Of a DNA stretch of 64,000 bases, positions 31,595-41,322 are shown in pieces (position 1 is the stretch's first letter; every line of letters starts with the position of its first letter). Below the pieces are notes generated by a model, which did not search any database, was not told the origin of the DNA, and saw only the letters and a program-made list of their open reading frames with translations. A program made the translations under genes and the position numbers. The stretch is from an uncultured Prevotellaceae bacterium (GTDB lineage: Bacteria > Bacteroidota > Bacteroidia > Bacteroidales > Bacteroidaceae), in contig ONKX01000023.1 in the NCBI GenBank assembly GCA_900318555.1, positions 13,201 through 77,200 on the forward strand. Reading direction: 5' to 3'.

Positions 31595-31653
31595 GGATGT
31601 CTGACGAATTCGCAACGCCACACTCTGCTTGCAGAGAAAACGTAAGATGTAAG

Positions 31654-32001
31654 ATGTTGTCGAACGACAAGAATGTTGAGGCCATTGCCCAGCTGGTGGA
31701 GACTATCAAGAGCTACCTCGGGCTTCAGAAAGAATATCTGAAGCTTGATCTCTTCGACAAGTTTGTCCGCCTGCTGACGGCTCTGGCATTGTTCATTGTC
31801 TTCTTCCTCATCATCATTTTTGCCTTCATGTATTGCTCCTTCGCCGTTGCCTATTGGCTGGCGGGCTATGTGGGCGATGTGGCTGCTTTCTTCATCGTGG
31901 CTTTCTTTCACCTCATCATCCTCGTCCTGTTCATTGCCTATAGCAAGGCCCTCATCCAGCGTCCGATAATACGTTTTCTCACCAACCTGTTCATGAGCTA
32001 A
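31654..32001 (+). CDS. Phage-holin-like (YqjE-type) membrane protein
   Basis: Two TM segments, YLKLD motif, follows YtxH gene. Confidence 0.75.
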   Translation: MLSNDKNVEAIAQLVETIKSYLGLQKEYLKLDLFDKFVRLLTALALFIVFFLIIIFAFMYCSFAVAYWLAGYVGDVAAFFIVAFFHLIILVLFIAYSKALIQRPIIRFLTNLFMS

Positions 32002-32008
32002 CCCCACT

Positions 32009-32272
32009 ATGCTACACGGTCATAAAACAGAAAAGAACTTCCAGACACTTGATGACATCATCAAGCGCAAAGAAGAGTTAGCCGCTGGCATTCAGAAGGA
32101 AAGCGACCAGATCAGTACGCTTTGGCATACGCTTTTCATTCCACCCAAGAATGCGACCAAGGGCGAGATGGTTGCCAACATCGTTTCCAAGAGCGTCACC
32201 GCTATCGACGCATTCCTGCTTGTCCGTAAGCTCATGAAAACCTACGGACACATTTTCCGCAAACGTCGCTGA
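32009..32272 (+). CDS. Hypothetical protein
   Basis: ORF co-oriented and closely spaced in the YtxH operon. Confidence 0.75.
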   Translation: MLHGHKTEKNFQTLDDIIKRKEELAAGIQKESDQISTLWHTLFIPPKNATKGEMVANIVSKSVTAIDAFLLVRKLMKTYGHIFRKRR

Positions 32273-32281
32273 AAAGAATTG

Positions 32282-33232
32282 CTATACCATATTTTGAGGC
32301 TGTCCGTTCAGGAATGAGCGGACATTATTTGTTGCCACCTCAATGAGTCGCTCGCGGGCTTCAATGGACGCCCAGGCAATATGTGGCGTCATATAGGCGT
32401 TGGGCTGTTTCAGCAACGGATTGTCGGCCTTGGGCGGTTCCTCGGTGAGCACATCGGCACAGAAAGCCGCAAGGCGTCCTTCGGCCAGCGCGTCGGCAAT
32501 GGCCTGGTCGTCCACCAACGGGCCTCGTCCGGTATTGATGAGGATGGCCGTTGGTTTCATCTGTTGCAATGTCTCTCGGTTTATCAGGTGCCGCGTGCTG
32601 TCTGTCAACGGACAATGCAACGACAGCACGTCCGATGTCGAGAGCAGTTCTTCCATTGTCGCCTTTTGGATAAAGGCAGGCAAAGCGTCTGCCGGCTTAC
32701 TGGTCAGCGCCTTCACTTTCATGCCGAAAGCATTGGCGATGATTGCCACTCGCATACCGATATTCCCCAGTCCAACGATGCCAAACGTCTTGCCCGCCAG
32801 TTCGTGGTGCGGAAAATCCCAGTAGCAGAAATCAGGATTCTTCGTCCAACGGTCGTTGCGATTCTCCTGAGCATAGTGCTCCGTACGGTTCGTCACCGTC
32901 AGCAGGTGGGCAAACACCATCTGCGCCACACTCTCCGTACTGTAGGCTGGCACATTGGTCACCACGATGCCTCGCGCGTGGGCAGCCTTGATATCTACCA
33001 CATTATATCCCGTTGCCAGCACACCGATATATTTCAGTCGAGGCAACTGACTGATTACTTCGCGACTGATGATGACCTTGTTGGTCAACACGATTTCCGC
33101 ATCGGCAGCTCTCGCCACCGTCTCTTCGGCCTTGGTACGGTCGTACACCGTCAGTTCGCCCAATGCCTCCAGCTCCTTCCACGACATATCGCCAGGATTA
33201 GCCGTATAGCCGTCAAGTATGACAATCTTCAT
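32282..33232 (-). CDS. D-2-hydroxyacid dehydrogenase (glycerate dehydrogenase-like)
   Basis: MKIVILDG, GLGNIG, INTGRG, TPHIAWA. Confidence 0.92.
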   Translation of the reverse strand: MKIVILDGYTANPGDMSWKELEALGELTVYDRTKAEETVARAADAEIVLTNKVIISREVISQLPRLKYIGVLATGYNVVDIKAAHARGIVVTNVPAYSTESVAQMVFAHLLTVTNRTEHYAQENRNDRWTKNPDFCYWDFPHHELAGKTFGIVGLGNIGMRVAIIANAFGMKVKALTSKPADALPAFIQKATMEELLSTSDVLSLHCPLTDSTRHLINRETLQQMKPTAILINTGRGPLVDDQAIADALAEGRLAAFCADVLTEEPPKADNPLLKQPNAYMTPHIAWASIEARERLIEVATNNVRSFLNGQPQNMV

Positions 33233-33245
33233 TGTATTATATACC

Positions 33246-34505
33246 TTATTTATTTTTATCAATACGATTCTGATAGAACTGTCGCAGGTCAGCCCACTTG
33301 TAGTAAGGTGCTTTGTCAGTGGCAATGGGCAGACGGGCTTCGGTACCATTGAGGAGCAGCTTCACGAGGATGTCGTCAGTAGCCTTCTTGCCGCGATAGA
33401 ACACCAGCTGGATGTTCGACGCCTTACAGGTCTCCCAGTTCTGATAGCAGTTCTTCACCTCAAAGGGGTCTTCAGGGTCAAGGTCGGCACCGTTGATGCC
33501 CATCAGCACCGTCAGCGGACCCAGACAGGTATCGTGTCCGAAGCGGAGGTCGGAGATATGGTCACTGCGTCCCTCGATGGCAGCATCAGCCTTCGCAATG
33601 ATATCCTCCAGAATGGGAATCATCTCGTATTGCGGTTCAAACACCCACGAATAGGAGCCGAGGTTCGACTGTTCCCACTGTGCCACCATCTCGTCGTCGG
33701 TAATCAGGTTACCCATCATACCCTCATGGCCGATGTTAGGCAACGAGGTATAGAGGTTGATGAGATTGCTGCCGATGTGGTGCAGGTTATGCAGGCTGTC
33801 GGTATTTGTGAATACACGCTTGACGACCTTGTCGCGCAACGACTCGTCGAAAGTGAACTTGTCGCGGTTCTTCTCCCAGCGGGCCTTCACCTTCGTGAAC
33901 TTGCGCTTCAGCGGATTCTGATTGTCCGTTGGCACTACCCCATTGAGGGTCTTGCGGGCTGACTGTTCGCGAATCTCAATCTTCGGATTGCATTGCGTCA
34001 GTTCCTGACAGAACGACGCCATACTGAGCACGCAACGACCTGTGAGTGAGGAGATTGCAAGCACGTTGCCGCCATTCTTGAACACCTCTGGGAAGTTGTT
34101 GTACATCGTTCTGGCTATGCCCTGATGCTGTTCCCAGCCCAGGTCGCTCAACTCACTGACGCCAGCCGTCAACTCGTCCTTGGCAGCCATGAATTTCTCG
34201 TAGAAAGCCTCGCCCTCGGGCGTCAATATCTGCTTCTCGTGAGCCATTGTCAACAACTTGGAAAGCTCTTGGTAGAGCATTGCATTCCAGTAGTAGCGCG
34301 AACCGTGACGACCGTAATGGCTGATGTAGAACGGGCTGTAGCCCTTCGGTGCCTTGGTTTGTTGCTGGTTGGTAAACGTGTACGGATAATCCATACCATA
34401 CGCACGTCTGGGGTCTGCCTTGAGCTGGTCAAGGGCAGAACTGCCCTGTGCCCACGCCACGACGGCCATGAGCACACTCATCAGGAGTAGAATAGTCTTT
34501 TTCAT
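33246..34505 (-). CDS. Histidine acid phosphatase family protein
   Basis: RHGSR and FGHD motifs; signal peptide. Confidence 0.88.
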   Translation of the reverse strand: MKKTILLLMSVLMAVVAWAQGSSALDQLKADPRRAYGMDYPYTFTNQQQTKAPKGYSPFYISHYGRHGSRYYWNAMLYQELSKLLTMAHEKQILTPEGEAFYEKFMAAKDELTAGVSELSDLGWEQHQGIARTMYNNFPEVFKNGGNVLAISSLTGRCVLSMASFCQELTQCNPKIEIREQSARKTLNGVVPTDNQNPLKRKFTKVKARWEKNRDKFTFDESLRDKVVKRVFTNTDSLHNLHHIGSNLINLYTSLPNIGHEGMMGNLITDDEMVAQWEQSNLGSYSWVFEPQYEMIPILEDIIAKADAAIEGRSDHISDLRFGHDTCLGPLTVLMGINGADLDPEDPFEVKNCYQNWETCKASNIQLVFYRGKKATDDILVKLLLNGTEARLPIATDKAPYYKWADLRQFYQNRIDKNK

Positions 34506-35020
34506 ATTGTCAGTTTAGTTATAAAGCATCTTTTGAACTCACTCTCGAAATTGGGCGTCAGTATTCCCTGCCCCATTGCCTCGCGAATCTCCTGCATCGT
34601 CCAGAAACGCCCTCCGTCCAATTCCTCTGCCGAAGGACATATCTCACCGTCATAAGTGGTACGATGCACATACACCAGTTCGCGTTCGCGCTTGCTTTCA
34701 AACACGTATTTGTCAACGAATTCGGGCTTGAAGTCTGTGATACCCAGCTCCTCGCGCACTTCACGGCAGAGAGCCACTTCCGGCGTCTCGCCATAATCTA
34801 TGTGACCGCCAACGGCTGTGTCCCATTTCCCTGGCTGAATATCCTTCCATTCCGGACGTCGTTGTAGATACACCTCGCCTTTGGAGTTAAACACATGCAG
34901 ATGCACCACAGGGTGTAGCAGCTTCGAGCCGCTATGACACTCGCCCCGCGTGGCAGAGCCTGTCACCTGCCCTGCTTCGTCCACTATCGGAAATATCTCT
35001 TGCTGGTTGTCCATGCTCAT
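34502..35020 (-). CDS. NUDIX hydrolase
   Basis: GGHIDYGE..ALCREVREELGI Nudix box. Confidence 0.9.
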   Translation of the reverse strand: MSMDNQQEIFPIVDEAGQVTGSATRGECHSGSKLLHPVVHLHVFNSKGEVYLQRRPEWKDIQPGKWDTAVGGHIDYGETPEVALCREVREELGITDFKPEFVDKYVFESKRERELVYVHRTTYDGEICPSAEELDGGRFWTMQEIREAMGQGILTPNFESEFKRCFITKLTI

Positions 35021-35023
35021 TCG

Positions 35024-35998
35024 TTATTTTTCTTCCTCTACGTGCTTGATGAGTTCCACGTTGAGCTGTTCGATGAACGTCAGACGGATGCCGTCGTTCG
35101 AGGCGGCAGGCTTGTACCACGGTTCGTTGGCGAAATACTCTTGCAAATCCTTCGACTGGAAGCGGTAGCCGTGACGGGCAAGGATAGCATTACGCATGAT
35201 GCGCAGTGTGGGCTTGTCGAAACGACGGAACTGACAATCGTTGAGCAGCATGTTGCTGGCAAAGAAGAAACGTCCGACATCCGGGTTCGACTCAGCGAAA
35301 ACGTACTCAACGCCGGTACGTTGCCATTCCCAGGGTGTGCTACCCGTCTCGGTGTTGACGGAGTAGAGATTGAATCCCTTCAGCGTCGGCACCACCTCCC
35401 ATGTTCCCTCCAACTCGTTGGCCGCACCTTCCACGGGCTTGATGGTGATGAATCCCGTGATACGTCCGTTGAAGGTGATGATGTCGTAAGGATAGATAAT
35501 GCCGCCTAAGCTAAGGCTCTCCCACGTCCAGTTGAGACATTGCTCAACCTCATTTTCCGCCTCAGAAACATATTCTCCAATCATCTGGTTCTTCCAGTGC
35601 GCCTTATTCAGCTTCTCCGCGTCCCACTCTGACTCGCCCGACATCACCGACACCAGACCGCCCTTGTTGTCATAAAAACAAATGACATCCCAACCGTCTG
35701 CCTTCTTATGGCGAGCGGTAGTGCCGACGCCAAATTTGTTCACATAGTCATGCGTGCCGTTGGCCGTGAGGTACACATGGTGATCCGGCGCCACATCCTT
35801 GACATAGCGAAGAACGAACTCGTGTTCCTCACCCTCGTCCATAGCTCCCATCAACACGTTGTTGTTCTCGATGCTCGTGGCCGTAAAGGTGATTTCCCCG
35901 TCATACCAGTGAGCACCATTATTAATCCGAGCCTGCTCGGCATTCACCGTCATCGCAAACCACCCGACAACCAATGACAAAATCAGTTTCTTATTCAT
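35024..35998 (-). CDS. YARHG domain secreted protein
   Basis: LRIMRNAILARHGYRF...YF...WY at C-terminus. Confidence 0.85.
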   Translation of the reverse strand: MNKKLILSLVVGWFAMTVNAEQARINNGAHWYDGEITFTATSIENNNVLMGAMDEGEEHEFVLRYVKDVAPDHHVYLTANGTHDYVNKFGVGTTARHKKADGWDVICFYDNKGGLVSVMSGESEWDAEKLNKAHWKNQMIGEYVSEAENEVEQCLNWTWESLSLGGIIYPYDIITFNGRITGFITIKPVEGAANELEGTWEVVPTLKGFNLYSVNTETGSTPWEWQRTGVEYVFAESNPDVGRFFFASNMLLNDCQFRRFDKPTLRIMRNAILARHGYRFQSKDLQEYFANEPWYKPAASNDGIRLTFIEQLNVELIKHVEEEK

Positions 35999-36087
35999 AG
36001 TGCTGCAAAATTACGAAAAAAAAGAATTACAGATGAGTGGCTCAAACAGTTTTAACATATTTTCGCAATGGCGTTTAACCCTCTTTA

Positions 36088-36474
36088 TCATTGCTTTTCC
36101 TTCTCGAAGGTGATGTCTTTGTAGAGTTCGGGGGAGCCGTTTTCGCTTTCTGGGAGGAAGTGGAGGCGGACGCCACGGATGTGCTTCTTGGCGCGGAAGG
36201 CCTTGGGGTCGTCCACCTTGTCGCTCTCGATTTCCAGTTTCAGCATCCCCCACTCTTTCAGCCGTACTTTATCTCCGTTCTGCAGGTGGCGACGGACGAC
36301 TTCCGCAACAGTCATCATCAGTCCTTCGAGGGCTCCTCCGCTGATGCTCATGTGACGCGCAGCCTCTTCGTAAATCTGACGGCTCTCGATGGTCTGGTTA
36401 TGAACGGCCACCGCCTTATATTTGCCGAAAGTGCTGAGCGTCGGCTTGGTTTCTTTCTTGATTTTGTATCTCAT
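36088..36474 (-). CDS. HU-family DNA-binding protein (Bacteroidetes type)
   Basis: LQNGDKVRLKEWGML, VRLHFLPE. Confidence 0.8.
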   Translation of the reverse strand: MRYKIKKETKPTLSTFGKYKAVAVHNQTIESRQIYEEAARHMSISGGALEGLMMTVAEVVRRHLQNGDKVRLKEWGMLKLEIESDKVDDPKAFRAKKHIRGVRLHFLPESENGSPELYKDITFEKEKQ

Positions 36475-36510
36475 CTTTGTTCGTTTTTTGGGATGTCATT
36501 TACTTGATGA

Positions 36511-38688
36511 TTACTTTTCGCAAAGCCAGTATTCGGATGCACCGTTGACAACATGATGCTTGAATCCGAACTTGAAGTTGTTCATGGCCTTACCCAATAC
36601 GGCTGGCGTTGTTCGCTTGGCGTCGAAATAGGCATAGCGCCCAGCAAGGAAGGACAGAATTTCCGACGTTCCCCACCAGCGTCCCTCGTCGTCCTTGGGT
36701 TTGCGAAACGTCTCGTTAATCATCTCCACCAGATCGACCGTTCGCTGATAGGGCACATTTTCCTCAATCAGCGTCTGTATCTCGTCGTCGTCCAGCCAGA
36801 ATCGTTCACCGCTATTGAACAGATGCAGGGCCTGGGCATAGAGCTGGCGATGTTCGAGATTATCCGTAAAGTCGATGTTCTTGCCTGCAGGAATGCCCAC
36901 GCAGACGAAACGTCGCGAACCCGTGGGATCCACCAGTGGCTGTTGCTGATTGGTGGTGCCGACGAACGAGGTATAACGACGATACTGCTTGATGGTTTTG
37001 CCGTAGGGCGGACGGAACTTGACGTCGGCAGACGACAACAGATATTTCAGCACAATCTGCTGCGAGTTGGTGGTCTTGTCGAACTCGTCGATGTTGATGA
37101 GCGCAAACGACGTCAGCGCAATGTTCAGGTCGAACTCGTTCTTGAAGTTCAGCTTGTCGTTGTAGTAGTCGCGCAGTTCTGGGGGTAGCAGGATCTTGCA
37201 GAAACGCGTCTTTCCGCAACCCTGCCGACCAATCAGCAACGGTGTCAACGCATTGCCTGTCAGCTGCTTGTCGCTCTCGCGCCACTGCGCCACCATACCC
37301 ACCAGCCAATATCGTAGGTACTTCTCCCAATGCGGCTGGTTGGTCGGCACTCGTTTTGCAAGTGCCGCTATACGGTCCTCTCCGTCCCATTTCGGCAGAG
37401 CGTCCAGCCAGGTGTTCACTGGGTCATATTGCTCAATACGCGTAGAATCGATAAAGCGGTTCACGTCCTGGTCCCACGACTTCAGTCCCAACTCGCGAGC
37501 CTCGATGGTCATATCGTTGCGCACCTCAACGGTCAGCGGCTTAAACGTCTGATCCTCAGAGTATTTCATGCGATATTCGGCCACGCCAGTCATCAGGTTT
37601 TTGCGCATGTCGTAATTCGAGGTGAGAAACATTTCCGTCCTCATCGTCTGCAACGTCTCTTGCGGCACGCTCTTCAGCGGCTTCACTTTGTGCGTCTTCT
37701 GGTATTCCTCCAGCAGGGGTATCTCGTAGGTCGTCGAAAACACGCTCTTCACCAATTCAGGGTCGTTATGGAACAGCGGGTGCTCCAGCGTCATACCCTG
37801 AGCGTGAGCCAGCGGAATGCCCTGTTCCAGCGACTTGCGGGCTATCTGCTGCAACAGCTGCATCTGACGGTCCTCATCGGGCAAATCAAAGTAGCCACCC
37901 AACACCTCGCGCAGGATGAACACCCAGTTGAAGTGATAGGTGCGCTTGACGGTTCGTCCTGGCATCAAGTGGTCGCTCTCCCACGAGATGGGTGTCGGCT
38001 CCGGCTGGTCGTGCTTCAGCGCGTCGGCCTTGAAGGGGCGCGCATCAGGATTGAAGTACATCTCAGGATCGGCACTGATATAGACCGTCCGCTCCAACTT
38101 GGGATCCAGATACTCGATGTCAAGCCCGAACTGGTTCTGATACGCCCTTCGCGCCGTGTTATATATATTAAGGTGGAACTGACGAATCTCATCCTCCGTC
38201 GTAGGCAGCCTGTCGTCTTCCATCTTACCTCTTCCATCAGCCATCTTACCTCTTCCATCTTCCTTCCCAAATAGCTCTCCTCTGCACACGATTTTTACCG
38301 ACTTTCCAGATGCTCCGAGATAGGCCATCAGCGTCTCGTCCATTCGCGATGCCAGATTCCTCACCTTCACAGCGTCCTCGTAGGTTTTCAGACCATTGAC
38401 CTCGATGACAACCAGTGCATTATACTTCAGAAATCGGATGCCACCCGCGTACTTGTCGCACTCGGCAGAGAAAACGATTCTGGGCAGACCAAACACATGT
38501 TCTCCGTCGTACACAATCTGTCCGTCGTCCAAACGTACCGGCTTGAAAAACTGATATTTCAGTCGCAGGTCATAGACGGCCTTAGCATTGGGATTCTTCT
38601 TGATGGTTTCAGCCAGCGCAGACAGCTCCACACGGTGCAGCACCTGCTTCTTCCGAGAAAACTTGATAAGCGTTACTTTCATAGCCAT
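36511..38688 (-). CDS. VirE-N (BT4734-like)/VapE primase-helicase-like protein
   Basis: GASGKSVKIV N-domain; LPKWDG.DRI; Walker A GRQGCGKT; NIDEFD; SFVGTTN; TGSRRF. Confidence 0.85.
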   Translation of the reverse strand: MAMKVTLIKFSRKKQVLHRVELSALAETIKKNPNAKAVYDLRLKYQFFKPVRLDDGQIVYDGEHVFGLPRIVFSAECDKYAGGIRFLKYNALVVIEVNGLKTYEDAVKVRNLASRMDETLMAYLGASGKSVKIVCRGELFGKEDGRGKMADGRGKMEDDRLPTTEDEIRQFHLNIYNTARRAYQNQFGLDIEYLDPKLERTVYISADPEMYFNPDARPFKADALKHDQPEPTPISWESDHLMPGRTVKRTYHFNWVFILREVLGGYFDLPDEDRQMQLLQQIARKSLEQGIPLAHAQGMTLEHPLFHNDPELVKSVFSTTYEIPLLEEYQKTHKVKPLKSVPQETLQTMRTEMFLTSNYDMRKNLMTGVAEYRMKYSEDQTFKPLTVEVRNDMTIEARELGLKSWDQDVNRFIDSTRIEQYDPVNTWLDALPKWDGEDRIAALAKRVPTNQPHWEKYLRYWLVGMVAQWRESDKQLTGNALTPLLIGRQGCGKTRFCKILLPPELRDYYNDKLNFKNEFDLNIALTSFALINIDEFDKTTNSQQIVLKYLLSSADVKFRPPYGKTIKQYRRYTSFVGTTNQQQPLVDPTGSRRFVCVGIPAGKNIDFTDNLEHRQLYAQALHLFNSGERFWLDDDEIQTLIEENVPYQRTVDLVEMINETFRKPKDDEGRWWGTSEILSFLAGRYAYFDAKRTTPAVLGKAMNNFKFGFKHHVVNGASEYWLCEK

Positions 38689-38843
38689 TATTTTATGTTA
38701 TTATTATACGTTATTGATCATTATCCGTTGTTATTTCCGTTATGGTTCTATACGAATTGCAAAGATACAAAATTTTCTGCTCCTTTGCAAATATTTTGGC
38801 AACAAAATCAAAAGAATTTTGCAGAATAAAATCATTTTTCCAA

Positions 38844-39252
38844 TTTGCCCCTACCAAAATTGAGCTAACGTATTGTAATTCTATGGCTTACAGCATTTTC
38901 TCCACCTACTTTGCTCCTACTTTCCCACTACTTTGCCACTACTTTGCTACTACCTAGCTCATCTGATACTCTTGGCTTTCAAGTTTTTATATACGCATTC
39001 CTTCTGAAATTCTCTAGAGAATTCAAACGTTTCCTCACCACTTAGCAATCGTTAGTGCGTACTTAAGCCTTCAATTCTCTAGAGAATTCAAGAGTTATTC
39101 ATGCTTTGTCATTTTGTTTTCCAGTAATATCATTTGCGTTTGGTAGGGGCAAGGTAGGAGGAAAGTAGGAGCAAAGTAGGAGCAAAGTAGGGGCAAAATA
39201 TCTTATAACATACTTACAATCAATAAAATAACACATATTTGGTAGGAGCAAA
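38844..39252. repeat. Symmetric iteron element (candidate origin): 1+5 copies of TTTGCYCCTAC-like 11-mer on each arm and two AATTCTCTAGAGAATT palindromes
   Basis: All parts placed symmetrically about position 39048. Confidence 0.9.
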
Positions 39253-39406
39253 AATAAAATATTAGATTTTAAGCCATAAATTTAATACGAAAAACATTAA
39301 TTTCCGTTTCATCGCTCATGTAATGCGTTTCGCTTGCAAAGTTACACATTATATTTCACATCAGCCAGTCCATGTTACACTTCTATTGCCTTCCTGTCGA
39401 ACACTG

Positions 39407-39982
39407 TCACTCACCAGTCCCCTTGGCATGTTTTTGCTTCGGATTCCAGTCATGCACTAACTGGAAGAGCCGTTCCATTTCCTCTTCTATTGTTGTTGGG
39501 TAGCGCAGGGTGAGGATATAGATTCTTTTCTCCTCCACCACATATTGTTCATAAAATCGGTAGTCACCCTCCGCTGTTTCGCCCTTCAGATAGAAATATC
39601 CCTCGTGCATATCTCTCATCATGATAGAATCCCCATTCTCCTCACTTTTTGCCATCGCTATCAGCTCTGCTGCCGTCTCAGTATCCCATTTTCCGCTATT
39701 CTTCAGTGAAAAGGCTATCATCTCCATCCCTTTGCCAATGGTATCCACCAAAAGCAATCTGCTACGGATATTGTCGCTGCTGTCAGGTACAAAGATATCA
39801 GGGCACTCCACTCTAAACAATCCATTCCCAACATCTATTGTGTTGGTTCGTTCCCATCCGATGACCTGGTTTTCTTTCTCATGCCACGTCCAATCGTTGA
39901 TGTGGTATCCCTCGTCATACGTGCAGTAATACACCACTCCTGCCACCAATGCTACCGCTATCACTATCAATATTTTCTTCAT
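39407..39982 (-). CDS. Membrane-anchored hypothetical protein
   Basis: N-terminal TM; own TAACTTTG -7 box upstream. Confidence 0.7.
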   Translation of the reverse strand: MKKILIVIAVALVAGVVYYCTYDEGYHINDWTWHEKENQVIGWERTNTIDVGNGLFRVECPDIFVPDSSDNIRSRLLLVDTIGKGMEMIAFSLKNSGKWDTETAAELIAMAKSEENGDSIMMRDMHEGYFYLKGETAEGDYRFYEQYVVEEKRIYILTLRYPTTIEEEMERLFQLVHDWNPKQKHAKGTGE

Positions 39983-40082
39983 GTATTTACTTTTAAGTTC
40001 TGCCGCAAAGTTACGTTATATAGCCAATGATTTCATTTCTCCATTATTTCTTACTTTGATTTTGCAAAGATACGATTTTATT

Positions 40083-41030
40083 TCAAATTTGTTGCTCACA
40101 TTCCTGCATTCTGCATTTTTCAATCTCTAAATCCAACGTCCTTGCCACTCTGAAAAAACTGTTTAGAATCTGCTTCAGGTATTTTTCCACATCTGGAATC
40201 TGGGGAATCAAGATGATATTCCTTTTGATGTGCAATGCCACGTCATCAGAATCCGTGATGGTATAGATGACTGAAAGCCAATCGTGCAGGTTAACCTCAT
40301 TCACAACTTGACGGACTCTTGCGAACTCGTCAATGTCGAACTTTGAGAAACTGTGGCACCAGGGCCAAATCAGATTCACGAACAAACATTCATCGGCCAC
40401 CTCCATTAGGAATATCACACCTTGATACTCAAACTGAATACGCCCATCTTCTGACTCTTCCGGACTGCTTCCGATTTTCTCAATAGTTCTTAAAGCTAAC
40501 TGCCTTGTACTAATCGTCTCTTCCATATAGGTTACGTCCTCATTCTGAATAGTATCTTTGTCTTCAAGTTTCTTTGCTAATTCATGAAGACTTTTGCTGC
40601 TCTTAAACAGAATAATAGTTGAAATATACCAAATAATATTAACGACCGATGTTGTAATAAGAATCATCCATATTCCCATGACGGCATTGTTTCCTAGTGA
40701 TATTAGATATGCAGTAAACGAATTCATGAGGATAGTTAGTAGCGTCCAAAGAATCATCTCCATAATTGTCTTCCACTCACTATCCTCTACAGTACATACC
40801 AATTCCAAAACTGAAAGCGCACCAAAAGTGGCTGCAATCAGTGTCGCAGGTGTTAGCATCAGACAAATACCCATAAATGAACTTATAGTCTCTGTGTATT
40901 TTGCTTCTGTAGGATATAGTGCCATATTCCACAGCCCGTTATAACAGAGAAGCAGATAGCAGAATAATGCTACACATAAAATGATACGACCATATTCCTT
41001 TGGAGGAAAAATACTTTTGTAATCTTTCAT
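40083..41030 (-). CDS. 4-TM membrane domain fused to a YbjN-like domain
   Basis: Hydrophobic N-half; C-half IQFEYQG..F, VVNEVN resembles YbjN. Confidence 0.6.
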   Translation of the reverse strand: MKDYKSIFPPKEYGRIILCVALFCYLLLCYNGLWNMALYPTEAKYTETISSFMGICLMLTPATLIAATFGALSVLELVCTVEDSEWKTIMEMILWTLLTILMNSFTAYLISLGNNAVMGIWMILITTSVVNIIWYISTIILFKSSKSLHELAKKLEDKDTIQNEDVTYMEETISTRQLALRTIEKIGSSPEESEDGRIQFEYQGVIFLMEVADECLFVNLIWPWCHSFSKFDIDEFARVRQVVNEVNLHDWLSVIYTITDSDDVALHIKRNIILIPQIPDVEKYLKQILNSFFRVARTLDLEIEKCRMQECEQQI

Positions 41031-41052
41031 AATCGATTCCTTTGTTTACCTT

Positions 41053-41322
41053 CTAATATATTCTTTTAAAATCATCCCCTAACTGATTCCAGTAGATATG
41101 CGTAAAGCAATGTCCATTTACCTTTTGGATTCTACTGACTTTAAACGTCCGTTCTTCATTTATGTCGAGTCGCAATGCCTGAATATACATCCCTCCGTAA
41201 TAGCTGGAATAACGTATGTCTGCTATTCTGCAAGTAAACACATTTCCAGCCCTTGTGCAATACTCAATCTCTATCTCTTGATTCGTTTGCACAGCCCTGT
41301 CAATCACCTCCTCTATCGCCAT
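41053..41322 (-). CDS. Stand-alone WYL domain protein
   Basis: EIEIEY...YIQA.....EERTFKVSRI; overlaps dnaB stop. Confidence 0.7.
   Translation of the reverse strand: MAIEEVIDRAVQTNQEIEIEYCTRAGNVFTCRIADIRYSSYYGGMYIQALRLDINEERTFKVSRIQKVNGHCFTHIYWNQLGDDFKRIY

Noticed and set aside
31654-32001. Holin as evidence of phage
   Set aside because: It sits in the common chromosomal YtxH-membrane protein operon.
38899-39197. CRISPR array
   Set aside because: The 11-bp units abut with no unique spacers, and no cas genes are present.
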